A DNA stretch of 64,000 nucleotides from a virus (Duplodnaviria > Caudoviricetes): IMG/VR virus record IMGVR_UViG_641736147_000004, positions 40,088 through 104,087 of that record. The stretch is one strand, 5' to 3'. This document shows, in pieces, positions 9,425 to 21,477 of the stretch; the stretch's first letter is position 1; each line of letters starts with the position of its first letter. Both the position numbers and the translations under genes were made by a program. The notes under the pieces are model-generated. The model searched no databases. It had not been told where the DNA came from and was given only the letters and a program-made list of their open reading frames with translations.

Positions 9425-9517
9425 TTATCTAAACGAACTAAATAAAATTGTTATAGATTGTACCAAGCTTATCCAAAACATAATCTCAATCGCCAAAAAT
9501 TTTATTTTTTTGTACAC
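9425..9517 (-). CDS. 30-aa hydrophobic peptide, type I toxin-like (MYKKIKFLAIEIMFWISLVQSITILFSSFR)
   Basis: Hand-translated; GTG start 5 nt after SD GGGGGAGGTG; SD complementary to AACACCTCCC at 9596-9605; promoter-like TTGACT-N18-TAGTGT at 9662-9691. Confidence 0.55.
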   Translation of the reverse strand: MYKKIKFLAIEIMFWISLVQSITILFSSFR

Positions 9518-9726
9518 AAAAACACCTCCCCCTCTTGCATGTTAACAATCTTTTAAATTAATAAATTTAATAAATTATTTACCTTTCCGCAAAATGGGAG
9601 GTGTTATCTTATTTACCGTAACGGTGTTATTTTATATTTGTTTAATTTACATTATATTTATACACTACCATATTTTAAAAATTTAAGTCAATATTTTTAT
9701 ATAAAATAATATAATAAATATTTACA

Positions 9727-12700
9727 TTAGCTAAATGCTCTATAAATACCTACTTTATTCATTTCTTGTTTCATTCTTGTGATAATGCCGTTTCCTGCAT
9801 CCTTAATTTGAGGTATAGCACCCTTATCTAAATTTCCTTCAACATTAATAAGATTATCAATTTTAAGTTCAACAGGTTGTCGTTTATTTACATTAACATT
9901 AGGTAAATCAATTTTTGGTAAGTTTATTTTTGGTTGTTGTATGAATTTAGCCATATTAGGTAGATAATCTTTTATATCTATCATAGCTTGTGTTTGGTCT
10001 GCATTTAGAACTAATTCTGGTTTTGTGTCAGTACCATCTAACCAGTGAAATCCTGTACTTGTATTCAATCCACCATCTTTATGTTTTTTATACTTACCTA
10101 TTAACTCTTGGGCTTGTTTCCTCAAATCAGCTTCAGCCTTTGTATCACCATTTCTTTGTGCTTCTAAGAACTTTTCTATTAATGCCTTATATTCTTTAGT
10201 TTCGTAGATATTGTCCCACTCATATACGCCTTTTTCTATATTACCAAAATGAGTTATTTCAGTAGGTTTTTCTGTATCACCCATGATATAATCTTCATCA
10301 TATCCTACTGCTTTCTTCCATTTTTTCTTATCATATAGCGTATTGAAATGTTGCATTAAGTCTATAGCATTTTTCAAATTGTCACATATTTTTTTCTTAA
10401 TGGTTTCCCCCATTACACCAAATATCTTTTCACTATCTTCACCATATTTAATTAAGAAATCCTTAAGTGTATCAAAGTTATTCTGCATAAGCATTTCTCT
10501 TGCTTTAGCGTATAAATTTTCTTTCTTGAGTTTTTCTTTATTTGCTCTCTCTAGTGCTTTAACTTCCCTATCATATCTTTTTTTAGCTTCTTTATATTTC
10601 TTGTTTTCAGTATCTATCTTATCCTTAATATTCTTCTTTTTAGAATCTAACTCATCTTTAAGATTTTTCTTTCTTAAAGTAATATCCCTATCATGTTGAA
10701 ATTGCTTAATTTCTTCATCTTTCTTTTTAATCTGCTCTAATAAGCTTTCTCGCTTTCCTTTTGCTTCTAAGGATGAATCCATCATTAATGCATCACGTTG
10801 AGCTTCTAATTTAGATTTTTCTTTTTGCTTTTTATTTAAATCTTTATCATACTTATCTTTAGATTCTTTATTATCAATTTCTTTAATCTTAGCATTATAA
10901 TCTTCTTCATAATGCCTTAACTCATCATTCCAGAGTTCTATTTTTTTGTTGTGCTCATCTTCAAATATTTCTAGTGCAGTTTTACTACCATCTTTAATAA
11001 GTTTTAATTGTTCATCGTTAAGATTTTTTGCTAATAATAATTCTTTAGCTTTCTTTTCTTTAGCGAGTTCTAATTCTTTCTCATATTGTTTCTTTAAAGC
11101 GCCAACTATTTTATCTTGCATATTAGACAACTCATCAAGTTGAGACTTTCTGATTTCTTCTAGCGTTTCTAAAGTTTGTTGTAAGTTCTTATTACTTTCA
11201 TTAATCTTGCCTTCGTACTCATCTAATAAGCTATTTAACAAATTCCATTCTAATGTATTTTCTTGCAGTGCGTTTCTTTGTCTAGTAATCTCGTTTCTAA
11301 TACCTATCATTTGAACTAAATAAGATTTTTGTTGTGATATTAGTTGACCTGTTAGTTGTGCCTTTTTAATATAATCTACATTTTCTTTTTCATAAATATT
11401 AAAAATATCTAAATTTGCTTGCGCTAAATCTATTTGCTTTTGCTCTAGTCTTAATTGCTCATCGTAACTAGCTTTTTGAATTTCAACTCTTTCCTTAATA
11501 GTAGCATTTATTTCTTGTTCCATTTTTAATTCGTCTTGCGCCGATTTATTAAAAAGCTCCTTAGTGCTTTCATAGTCTTTTCTCATTTCTTGAAACATTT
11601 TAGAACCCTTGTCATATGCTTCTTTCCACTTCTTAGCTTTGTCACCACCACCGAAATCAATTTCTTTGCCATAATGTTCGTTGTATAGTTTATCCCATTG
11701 CACAGAATTCAATTTAGATAAATCTTTTCCTTTCATCCAAGACCATCTTGTCCAAATTTCTTTTTGAATTGCTTTTGATTTTTCATTGGCTTGACTTTGT
11801 GCTGATTGCAATTTTTTTACTTTAATTCGTTGTTGGTCTAACTTAGCATTTTCCTCATCTATGATTTGGGCGTAGTTAGATTTTGATTCTATTGATTGTA
11901 AATTAGCTATTCTTTGAGTAATATTAGTTATATTTTTATCCGTTTGTTCTATAGAGTTATTTATTGTTTTAATAATACCATCTATTTCATTCAATGCTTG
12001 TCCTGCAAATTTATATTTAGTATTATCTGTATGATATTTTGATTTACTACCACCTCGTCCACGTGTAGAATGACCTCCAGAACCAACTTTAGAAAAATCG
12101 GCTGATTCCCATTTTGAATTTTTTATCTTGTTTTTAGTATCATCAATATCTTTTTCCATTATTTCTAAAGCTTTGATATATCCTTCTAATTGCTTTATAT
12201 CACCCAATTTTTTCGCAAGGTCTTGTTCGCCTTCTGCTGACAAATCACCAGCTTTCCAACTTAAAAACTGACCTTTCATACTTTCATTCATTTTTTGCAT
12301 AGCCTTTTTCATACCAGTGATACCCATTCCGGCTTGTTTAATCCACTGTTGACCTATATTACGAGTTAATATTCCATTTATTTTTTGCTTCGTTAACGCT
12401 ATAGACTTAAAGTTATCAAGATCAATATTATATGCGCTTGCTATATTTTTAAATGCTGTTTGATGCTTTGCATAAACTTCTGCACAAAATGTACTATTCA
12501 TTTCTAGTTTTGCGCCTATAGCATTTAGAGCATTTTGTTTTTCTTGACTTACGACTCCTTGCAATTTTTTATACAATGTCTTTTCATCATTTAAATAAGG
12601 TATTAATTCGCTATGCTTATTTATAATTTCTGCTAGACTTTCAGCAGATAAATGCCCATTCTCTTTTAATTCTTTTAAATATCCTGTATATTCTTTAATA

Positions 12701-14978
12701 GAACTTACTGAATTTTTATAAGTCTTATCTAGTCGTTCTTGTTGTTCTTTGATGTTTCCGATAGAATTCGATATTGCCGTACCTTCTTTAGCAATTTCAC
12801 TACCATCAAACATTTTAATCATATTTGTTAAATTAATCTTATTTTGACCACTAGCTTTTTTAATTTCATCCTTTAAGATTTTAACAAATAAATCCGAATT
12901 TTTCTTTAAATATTCTTTATCTACAGATAAAGGCATTATTTTCGTTAGCTCAAGAGGACTCATCTTTAAAGTTTTAGCTAATGATAATATAGAATCAAAA
13001 TACTTTTTTAAATCTTCCTGTTTGGGATCTTTTAATTGTGCCACCATTTTAATATTAGAGTAATTGGGGTCGTTCTCTATTTTATCTTTAAATTTCTGAA
13101 TCTCCACTTGTAACCCAGTAAAGTCCAAATTATTATCCTTATCTATGAATTTACTAAAGTCTATTTTTATTTCTGCTAATTTTTTTGTGAAATTATCAAT
13201 ATTTTTTAATGCAAATACAGCGTCTATATTAGGTTTAATTACTTTTAATTTTTCCATCATTTGTGCGCCTGTAGTTTTCATTTCACCTAATTGATTTCGA
13301 TATTCTTCTGTTTTCCTATTCAGTTCTTCTTGCTGTACTTTTGTCAATCCTATATTACGTTTTATTTGTTGCAATCCTTCTATCGTATGACGGTAATAAT
13401 ATCCATTTTTATCTAAGTTACCACCGCCATTTTTAATCATTTCAGCTTGATGTTGAAGTTGTGCATACTTTTTTTTTAATTTAGCATATTCGCCTTGTTG
13501 TTCTTTTAATGTATCATTTCCACTATTTACTAACTTTTGATTCTCTATTTGATTTTTTTGTTTTAATAATTCAATTAATTCTTTTGTAGATTTAGATTGT
13601 AACTCAATTTCCCCAGTTTCAGAATTGATCCCTTTAATTAACTCTGGAAATTTATCAACTAACTGTTGTTTAATACTTTTTAATTTTTCTTGTTCTTCAG
13701 TAGTTAATTTAGTCTTCTTAGATAAATTATCATACTCCTTACCCTCTGTACGAAGATAGGTTATCATATCATTATTGGATTTTATATTTTGTTGTACTGA
13801 TTGTTCAAGCTCTTGACTTTTGTGTTTTGATTCACTCATCTTATTAATTAGTTTACTAATGCAAGAAATAACACCTGTAATAGCTAATGATATACCCAAT
13901 GTTAATGTTGTTTGCAAAGCTATTGCTGATATTCTAGAATAATCTAATGCTGTTTTTAATGTAAATAAACTTCCTCTAAAAACTCCCATTTCAGCTGTAG
14001 AAGTTTTAAATAGCCATGTTAAATTATTAATTGAAACTTTCATTTTTCCTAAAGAAACATTCATAAAATCACTAACTTCTGAAAATGATTTTATTCCAAC
14101 TATCCATTCTTTAAACTTTTTGCTGGATAGTAATAGAACCACATTCAATGATGTTAAAGCTATATTTAATCCTCCAAATTTGTCAACTAAATTAAGTATT
14201 CCTGTACCCATATCAACTATTGATTTTAAAGCACCGCTATTCATTGAGTTATTAAATACAACTTCCCATTTAGCTTTAAATTTATCTATAGCACCAGATA
14301 ATGAATTTAAATATACTTCATATTGTTTATTTGTTTCTCCGTTAGCTTTCATTACTTCATCGTAAATTTGTTGTGACCTGGATACTCCATTTACATCTTT
14401 AGCAAGTCCCTGCATTAAAGCACTAAAACGAGATATTTGGTAAACTCCCAAAGAACTTGATACCATTGCTCTTTGCTTATCATTCATATCATTCCATTTA
14501 CTTGCTAATTCTTGAAGTATCTCGCCGACAGGTCGTAATTGACCTGCCATTGCCCCTGTTTTTACTCCGAATTTTTCAAGAGTATTAATAGTTTGGCTAA
14601 AATCTTTATTAACTTCTCCTGTATCTTTTTTCACTTGTTGAAATTTGGCGAAAATTGTTTTTAAGGATGTTCCAATCGTTTCACCACTTTCCCTTGTTTT
14701 TTCGGAAATTATAGCACCCATTGTTGCTAATTCCTGTAATGAAACCTTTCCTTCTTTCGCCATTGCACCAGATTTCTGGATTATTTGACCTACTTCGACA
14801 GCTGAAGTACCTGAATTTGCACCTACCTTAACTAAAGTATCTGAAAGTTCTTGTGCATCTACTTGTAACGAATTAATACCTGCTGTCATTAATTCAGTTG
14901 ATTGATTAATATCTCCATTAATAACCTTATTAAATTTACTGAAGATCTGCATTCTTTTGTTTGTTTCATCTATTGCTA
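9727..14978 (-). CDS. Tape measure protein, exon 2
   Basis: TP901-type core (ESGETIGTSLKTIFAK), hydrophobic segment, long coiled coils; joins exon 1 as RQG-LAIDETNKRM. Confidence 0.9.
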
Positions 14979-15306
14979 CTTGTATACCCCTACTTTCGTA
15001 GTATTTTAAAGGGAATAGACTATATCTTCTAATAACATGATTATTAGTGTAGCACTTCCAAATAAGGAATTTCACCTTAAATGTACGGATTTCATCTCCT
15101 TGTCATATAAGATTTAGGAGGTATATCCTAGTCGTTTGACCTTCAAATAGATTTATCTATAAGCTTGGCACAGGATTATCATATCGCTACCGACTTAGAT
15201 TTTCCCTGTTAGCATATCTCCCAACTATCATTTCCTATAGCTACTAAACGTGAGATACACACCCTAGATTTCTAGGTTCACTACATTTTATAAGAGCTAT
15301 TTTTTA
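14979..15306 (-). ncRNA. Group I intron (328 nt, no ORF) in the tape measure gene
   Basis: P1 AAGGGU/GCUCUU with U.G; P7 GACUA/UAGUC; S-like AAGAUAUAGUC; terminal G at 14979 restores frame (~2167 aa). Confidence 0.9.
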
Positions 15307-16558
15307 ACCCTTGTCTTGTTAATTCTACTGTTAGTTTACTCATATCGGTTAGTGTAGTAGCTAAATCAACACTCATTTTAGAATATGAATTTGCTAATTT
15401 GTCCGTCTGTTCTTGTGTCATCCCGCTAATTTCACGCACTTGTACCATTTGTTGGTCTAAGCGTACCATAAAGTCTGTTGCCTCTTTTGCCTTACTAAAT
15501 GCTTTATACACCAATCCAACAGTTAAAGCCATTGAAGCCATTTGTTTAATACTATTACCCATTCTTTCAAATGCAGTAGATATATGTTGATTACTAACTT
15601 TTACAGCTTCACTATTCTGATAAATTTTTTGAGTGTTCCTATCAACTGTAACACCAAATTCTCTAATTCGATTATTTGTACCTTGTGTGGCTACTGTCAT
15701 CTTAACTTGAGAATTACCTGCACTATCTAAAGTACGTTTATAGTTCTTAATTGACGCATCAGCACCATATATAGCTTGTATTTGTGATTTTATATATGTA
15801 TCATCACCGAACATACCACTAGAAGCAAAGCCTTTTTGTTGTCCTAGTTTTTGCACTCTTTTCTGTTCGTTTACAATCATTTTTTGTACTCGTTTTTCTT
15901 CCGCTTCAGCTATTTTATTTTCTGTTTCTACAGCCTTCTGTTCTTTTTCTTTTAATGCTTTAAGCCAAAATTGTTCGTATTGTTGTCCATTATTTCTAGT
16001 TATTCTAGCTTGTTGTTGTGCTATACTCTCATTACTACCTGTAATTGCTTGTTCAATTTTCCTTTGTGTGTCAGTAGTGATTTTTAATCTATTTTGTTCC
16101 TCTTGATACGCCAATTTCCTAGCAACATCATTTGCTTGTTCTTGAGACTGTCGTATTTTACTTGCATTAACAGATACATCTTTATACTTATCAATAACTT
16201 TACCTGTTTCTGCGTCTAATCTTTCAGTAAGTTTAACAACTTCACCTACCCCATTAGACCATTCTTTAACATTTTTAACAGGTACAAAACTATCTCCAAC
16301 TTGTTTCATTTTAGTTGATACTTTATCTAAGTCTTGAGATATTTGTTTGAAACCATTACTATTTAATTTAATTTCATTAGATTGCAATTGTTGTTGTAAA
16401 TTTTTATAATCATTAATGATCTTGTCAAAATTAACATTATTAAAATTAAGATTAACTTTATAATCTTTTTGCAATTCGTTGACAATTTGATTTAAATTTT
16501 GTTTAGCTTCCTCAAAATTAAATCCAACTCCGAACTGAATTCCATACGTTTCGGGCAT
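15307..16558 (-). CDS. Tape measure protein, exon 1
   Basis: Start MPETYG after AGGAGG; ends ...VELTRQG at the 5' splice site. Confidence 0.88.
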
Positions 16559-16636
16559 AACTTCTACCTCCTTTCTATACAAAATAAAAAAAACTTAGCA
16601 TATAAACTAAGTTCTTCAACACATGACCTAATTATC

Positions 16637-17104
16637 TTATATAATTGTTATTCCTCTGCTTCTCATATAACCTAAAAATGCATTAATAGCACGTTTAGTA
16701 TCATTTAACTCTTTAATTGTATCGTCAGTAAATCCTTGTGTATGAGGTGCAAATATATTACTACCTTCATCTAACCATTGTGCAATATAGTTCATGCCTA
16801 CTTGTTGACCTGCTTGTATACCTAATTTATTACTTCCCCACCAAGATTCATGGGTAAACTCAGGATTGAAATGCACTTGTGCTTTTAACACACCATTTTC
16901 GTCTACTACACCATCTATTTCGATAGATTTTAATAATTCATACGTCCTTTGATAACTGTCACTAGATGGATTTGAATATACTTTATCTAATACTTGTTTT
17001 TTTAATTCATTTTTTATTATTCTACTAACATCATCTTGTAAAGCCTTGATAGCTTGTTTTTTAATTGCTAACTCTAGTTGAGACATATTAGAAAAGTATG
17101 GCAT
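16637..17104 (-). CDS. Phage structural/tail completion-like protein
   Basis: YQRTYELLKSI motif; position upstream of tape measure. Confidence 0.5.
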   Translation of the reverse strand: MPYFSNMSQLELAIKKQAIKALQDDVSRIIKNELKKQVLDKVYSNPSSDSYQRTYELLKSIEIDGVVDENGVLKAQVHFNPEFTHESWWGSNKLGIQAGQQVGMNYIAQWLDEGSNIFAPHTQGFTDDTIKELNDTKRAINAFLGYMRSRGITII

Positions 17105-17667
17105 TATTCATCACCATCCAATCCTAGCTCTTTAATTTGTTCTTCAAGTTCTGCTTTCTTTTTTAATTTTAATTGTAATTCTTTTGTTTCTTGTAATTCT
17201 TTTAAAACTTGTTCCGTATTTATATTCTCATTATTTTCTTTTTTTACTTCTTCAATCATTTCTCTTTGCTTATTGGTGTCCATATTAATTAATTTATCTA
17301 CACCTTCATTAGCTGTCTTTTCTATTAATTCAGGAATAATCATATGTAATAATTCTTCTTCTACATTTATCACGTCTTCACTAGGACTTATTAATATTTC
17401 TATAATTTCTGCCTTTTTAAAATTTTCTAAATTAATATTTGTAAACATATTTAATATTTCTATTCTATCTTCTAAATTATAAGATACTTGTCCCTTTTCT
17501 AAAGTCTTTTTATTACTCTCTAAGAAACTAGTCATGAAATTACAAAAACTCAACATATTATATTCATTTAATTTATATATTTCAACATTTCCAACCTGTT
17601 TTAATAGTTGTGGTTTTGTATCCACTGTTCTCTTACCCATAAAACTTTCTTTATTTAATTTATTCAT
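17104..17667 (-). CDS. Hypothetical protein, possible tail assembly chaperone
   Basis: Helical acidic 187 aa; coupled to next gene; position. Confidence 0.45.
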   Translation of the reverse strand: MNKLNKESFMGKRTVDTKPQLLKQVGNVEIYKLNEYNMLSFCNFMTSFLESNKKTLEKGQVSYNLEDRIEILNMFTNINLENFKKAEIIEILISPSEDVINVEEELLHMIIPELIEKTANEGVDKLINMDTNKQREMIEEVKKENNENINTEQVLKELQETKELQLKLKKKAELEEQIKELGLDGDE

Positions 17668-17741
17668 AATAATCTACTCCTTATATATTTTTATTATTCT
17701 TACCATATAAAAAAGAGACAGGTATTTTTACCTATCTCTTA

Positions 17742-18215
17742 CTAATTAAATGCGTATTTTCTTATTGTTTGTGTTATTTGTTCTAAAATAGTACTTTCTA
17801 ATATTATATTTCTTTCTTCATTATTATCTTTATAGCCTAATAATAAATAACTTTTTACTTCTGATTTTTTCTTCATGCCGAATGCTAATACACCAAACAT
17901 GATTAATTTCCCCAAACCAACAGATTGATTAATCTGAGTTTCACTCTGTATCTCTGCTTTAGTAATATCTTTCATATTAATAATTTTTGTAATTGGGTTT
18001 ACACCAAATGTTTCTAGGGTTATTTCATTTTCTTTTATATAAAGAGTAGCGTCTTTACCACCTGCCAAATCTGGTAAACCGCCTATATATCTAGCATAAT
18101 GATCACTCATCACAATACCATTCAGCTTTTCCTTTTGTTGGGTTTTACTCATATCTTTCATTAGTAAAAATGCTATACCAAAACAAACACACATTATAAT
18201 AAACGCCGTACTCAT
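17742..18215 (-). CDS. Membrane-anchored hypothetical protein
   Basis: N-terminal TM helix; GLGKLIMFGVLAFGMKKK segment. Confidence 0.6.
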   Translation of the reverse strand: MSTAFIIMCVCFGIAFLLMKDMSKTQQKEKLNGIVMSDHYARYIGGLPDLAGGKDATLYIKENEITLETFGVNPITKIINMKDITKAEIQSETQINQSVGLGKLIMFGVLAFGMKKKSEVKSYLLLGYKDNNEERNIILESTILEQITQTIRKYAFN

Positions 18216-18264
18216 ATCTATTCATCTCCAATCTATTAGTATCTGTATATTACTTGTATTACTA

Positions 18265-20259
18265 TTATATAATAATACTATAATTATTACCACAATTATC
18301 AATATTTATATTAAAATTTCTCATAAAAAAGAGGACTAACTTTTTAGCTAGTCCTTCAAAATTATTTTTAATATCATCAGGGAATATCCCTATATAATAA
18401 ATATCATCTCGTGATTTATAAAACTCTTCTTTTGCTTTTGTTTTTATTTCATAATTCTTAATAATTTTATTATCTTCCCTATTTTCTTGATACAATCCAT
18501 AATATTCTATTACTATGGGCTTATCTAATTTAATCTTTTTATTATTATGTGATATATACTCTATAATAAAATCTGGACAAAATCTTGTGTATTTTGAATT
18601 TTCTATTTTAAAGGTGTACTTACCCTTACGCATTTTACCAACGCTTTTAATATATTTAAATAGTACATGATTCTGTATATATTCATATACGTCTCTTTCT
18701 TGGTAACTATCAAACACATTACCATCTTCTGACGTTATATCTTCAAAATTATCAATTGTCCATTTATCTTTATATTCAGGAAACGATAAACACGCCCATT
18801 CATAATAATTACTAAACCTTTTTCTGTCTATATGTTTGTTAAATTTAGGGCATATTTGATTCATAACATTACGGGTTAAATACTTAGGAATATCTTTAAC
18901 AGGATTATCAATTAAATTACCCATTCTGAAAATGACAAAATCTTTTAACGCTTGTATTAAAAAATCCTTAGCATATATGTTCCATTGATGCCATTCCCAT
19001 TTAAACAATAAATGTCTTTCTTTAATTTCTGGATACGTATCAATTAGCACATCATATAGACTGCGATAATATTGTGAGTATGAGGGTACTAATTTTGCTA
19101 TATCCGATTGTTTAAAATACTTATATATCCATTGTTGTAATAACAACGTGTCATCCATTATGGATAAAATATTGGTCTCACATTCACATTCACAATATTC
19201 TTTTATACGCTCAATTCTATGTTCTCTATTTGCCCAATAGTTACTAGTTAATTTATTAAAATCATATGGTCGATATTGTCTGTTTTTACTATTATTGTAT
19301 ATTTGCTTTTTATTAAAATACCACAGCCACATATCAATAATACTACAAAAGTTATGCGTAGTAAAACTATACATCGATTTATCTATTTTTCTATTAATCA
19401 CTGTTGTCGTTAATATATCGTTCAATGTAATATTCTTTTGTTGAATAAAATTTTCTATTATAGACATCCGACCTTCCTCTGTTGCATATTTGTGGTTAAC
19501 AACGCCCTTTTTAAACATACCTTCTAGTTCATCAATACAAAAATTTAAGCACATAGGCAACCCATTAAACATACTATTAATAATTTGTGCTAATCTATAT
19601 TTTTTGAATAAGTTAATACTAGCTTTTCCATTTAATATATCATCAAGAGTCAATTTTTCTATATCAAAAAGAACATATCTAATTATCATTTTTATATTAT
19701 TTTTATCTTGATAAATATGCGAAGGCATTTTCAACATATTGTTTTGTATATAACAATTATACCACTGTATGGGATTTAAATCTGTAGCCTTCTTAATATC
19801 TAAACCATATTGTTCATATCTATGAATCGTATTAATTTGACGTTGTTTCTTTCTACTACACTCTATACAATTAGCTTTCCCATTTTTAAACTTATGTATG
19901 GGTAATATTTCATGACAACACCTACATTCTTTTTCTGTCATATATTTAATTATAGCATATTGATCGCATTTCTTACGTTTAGGTTTTTGTGGATCTAAAT
20001 ATAATATTGGGTTAATATATTTATGCCACAGTACAGTTCCCTCTTGTTGAAAGTAATTATAAAATTGGCTTCTACTGATATATCCATTTTTAATAGACAT
20101 ATCTTTTTCTTGAGGATATTTCTTTTCTTGTTCACAATATGTAATAATATAATTCATTAAATATTTACCTTCATCATCTAATTTATAATACTCATCTGAA
20201 ATCTCGTATACAATATGCAACTGTTTTAATTCGTTTAAATTTAATTTTACCTCTTCCAT
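18265..20259 (-). CDS. Putative free-standing endonuclease (Zn-finger, helical repeats, C-terminal PD-(D/E)XK-like domain)
   Basis: CRCC..CIEC; C-terminal FDSYQE...CPDFII...IVIEYYG; start MEEVK at 20259 after AGGAGG. Confidence 0.6.
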   Translation of the reverse strand: MEEVKLNLNELKQLHIVYEISDEYYKLDDEGKYLMNYIITYCEQEKKYPQEKDMSIKNGYISRSQFYNYFQQEGTVLWHKYINPILYLDPQKPKRKKCDQYAIIKYMTEKECRCCHEILPIHKFKNGKANCIECSRKKQRQINTIHRYEQYGLDIKKATDLNPIQWYNCYIQNNMLKMPSHIYQDKNNIKMIIRYVLFDIEKLTLDDILNGKASINLFKKYRLAQIINSMFNGLPMCLNFCIDELEGMFKKGVVNHKYATEEGRMSIIENFIQQKNITLNDILTTTVINRKIDKSMYSFTTHNFCSIIDMWLWYFNKKQIYNNSKNRQYRPYDFNKLTSNYWANREHRIERIKEYCECECETNILSIMDDTLLLQQWIYKYFKQSDIAKLVPSYSQYYRSLYDVLIDTYPEIKERHLLFKWEWHQWNIYAKDFLIQALKDFVIFRMGNLIDNPVKDIPKYLTRNVMNQICPKFNKHIDRKRFSNYYEWACLSFPEYKDKWTIDNFEDITSEDGNVFDSYQERDVYEYIQNHVLFKYIKSVGKMRKGKYTFKIENSKYTRFCPDFIIEYISHNNKKIKLDKPIVIEYYGLYQENREDNKIIKNYEIKTKAKEEFYKSRDDIYYIGIFPDDIKNNFEGLAKKLVLFFMRNFNINIDNCGNNYSIII

Positions 20260-20310
20260 TATTATTCCTCCTGTAGAATCTATGTTTTCCTGATTTTTTA
20301 CAAAATAAAA

Positions 20311-20375
20311 AGAGGAAACGAAGTTCAGGAACACTTCGCTTTTGCTAAGGCTCATGACTTCCTTAACTATCCTCT
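20311..20375 (-). promoter_or_regulatory. Structured leader/attenuator upstream of the endonuclease
   Basis: Outer stem AGAGGA/TCCTCT plus U tract enclosing hairpins TAAGG-AAGTCATGAG-CCTTA and CGAAGT/ACTTCG. Confidence 0.5.
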
Positions 20376-20439
20376 ATATCTATATTATAGAGTCTTTACT
20401 CTTTAATATCAAATTTAATGTTACTTTTTTAATATTCCC

Positions 20440-20637
20440 TTAAGCACTCTCAAAATGAGGTATAGTTAATCCTAAATCTATTAACTTATCTAACATCTCA
20501 ACTCTTTTCTCGTACCATTCTTCACTTAATACTTTAGCTAATTTTTTATTGCTAACTAGCCAATAGTCTTCTATATCATCTATAAACTGCAACCATCTAT
20601 TGTATCCAACTTTTATAACATATTTGTATTCTTCCAT
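20440..20637 (-). CDS. Hypothetical protein
   Basis: 65 aa, SD AGGGGG. Confidence 0.6.
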   Translation of the reverse strand: MEEYKYVIKVGYNRWLQFIDDIEDYWLVSNKKLAKVLSEEWYEKRVEMLDKLIDLGLTIPHFESA

Positions 20638-20680
20638 TCTTAATCCCCCTAATCAAGCACATTCTTAATATTTCAATCTT

Positions 20681-20983
20681 TTAAACTAATTCCCATTGAC
20701 CAATTTCTAAATAATCTTCAATATCCCAACCCTCATACCAAACTAGATACTTTTTAAACTTAACTATTCCCTCTTTAACTCTTAATGTATTAGTATTAAA
20801 TGTATCATCAAATACTTCACTATTATTAAGATGATACACACTTGCTACTTCATATCCTAAAATCTCATCTTTATGTTTTTCTATTATTTCTAAACTATCT
20901 GTATATGTAACTACGTTGTGTAATTTACCCTTCTTATCTTTGTATCTCCCCTCAATTATTAGATAAATTGTTTTTACTTCCAT
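20681..20983 (-). CDS. Hypothetical protein
   Basis: 100 aa, SD AGGAGG. Confidence 0.65.
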   Translation of the reverse strand: MEVKTIYLIIEGRYKDKKGKLHNVVTYTDSLEIIEKHKDEILGYEVASVYHLNNSEVFDDTFNTNTLRVKEGIVKFKKYLVWYEGWDIEDYLEIGQWELV

Positions 20984-21172
20984 AATTAAAACCTCCTATT
21001 TATTTTTTGGATTTGTTGGTTTCATTTACCTTATGAATATACTATATCACCCATTATATATATTGTCAACTATATATATTATATATTTTATATATTGTTT
21101 GTTATATATATTGAATATATTATATAGAGTTGGTATACTATATAATAAGAAATAGTTATATAGGAGGGTATT

Positions 21173-21367
21173 ATGAAAATTACAATAGATACTGTATTAG
21201 AAGAACAATCAAAAACTCGTTATTGGTTAGCTCAGCAAACAGGTATTACATATCCTAGTATAATGAGAATAGCAAATAATAAATCTACATCTATAACCTT
21301 TGATAATTTACAAAAAATCTGCATAGCTCTAAATTGCACACCAAATGATATACTCCAAATAGATTAA
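21173..21367 (+). CDS. Cro/C1-type HTH regulator
   Basis: YWLAQQTGITYPSIMRIANN...LQKICIALNCTPNDIL; SD AGGAGG; divergent from 20983. Confidence 0.9.
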   Translation: MKITIDTVLEEQSKTRYWLAQQTGITYPSIMRIANNKSTSITFDNLQKICIALNCTPNDILQID

Positions 21368-21450
21368 AACCCTATAGCTCACCATTATATAACCAACCTA
21401 TTTCTCCGCAATAAAAAAAGAACTACCTTACCATGAAGTAGTTCTTTACA
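21330..21450 (+). repeat. ~120-bp direct repeat copy 1 (HTH 3' end plus family B terminator)
   Basis: Aligns with 24550-24670. Confidence 0.85.
21417..21447. terminator. Terminator, family B copy 1
   Basis: AAAGAACTAC...GTAGTTCTTT; related copies at 23222, 24636, 25619, 27022. Confidence 0.8.
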
Positions 21451-21477
21451 TATATATAAAATATTACAATATACTAT

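Noticed and set aside
9990-14365. Plus-strand ORFs inside tape measure, and similar ones inside other large genes
   Set aside because: Antisense shadows of Lys/Glu-rich genes, no SD, F/L/S-biased composition
15075-15281. Split tape measure, terminase and RNAP as frameshifts or pseudogenes
   Set aside because: Each gap has group I core elements and exact junctions that restore the frame
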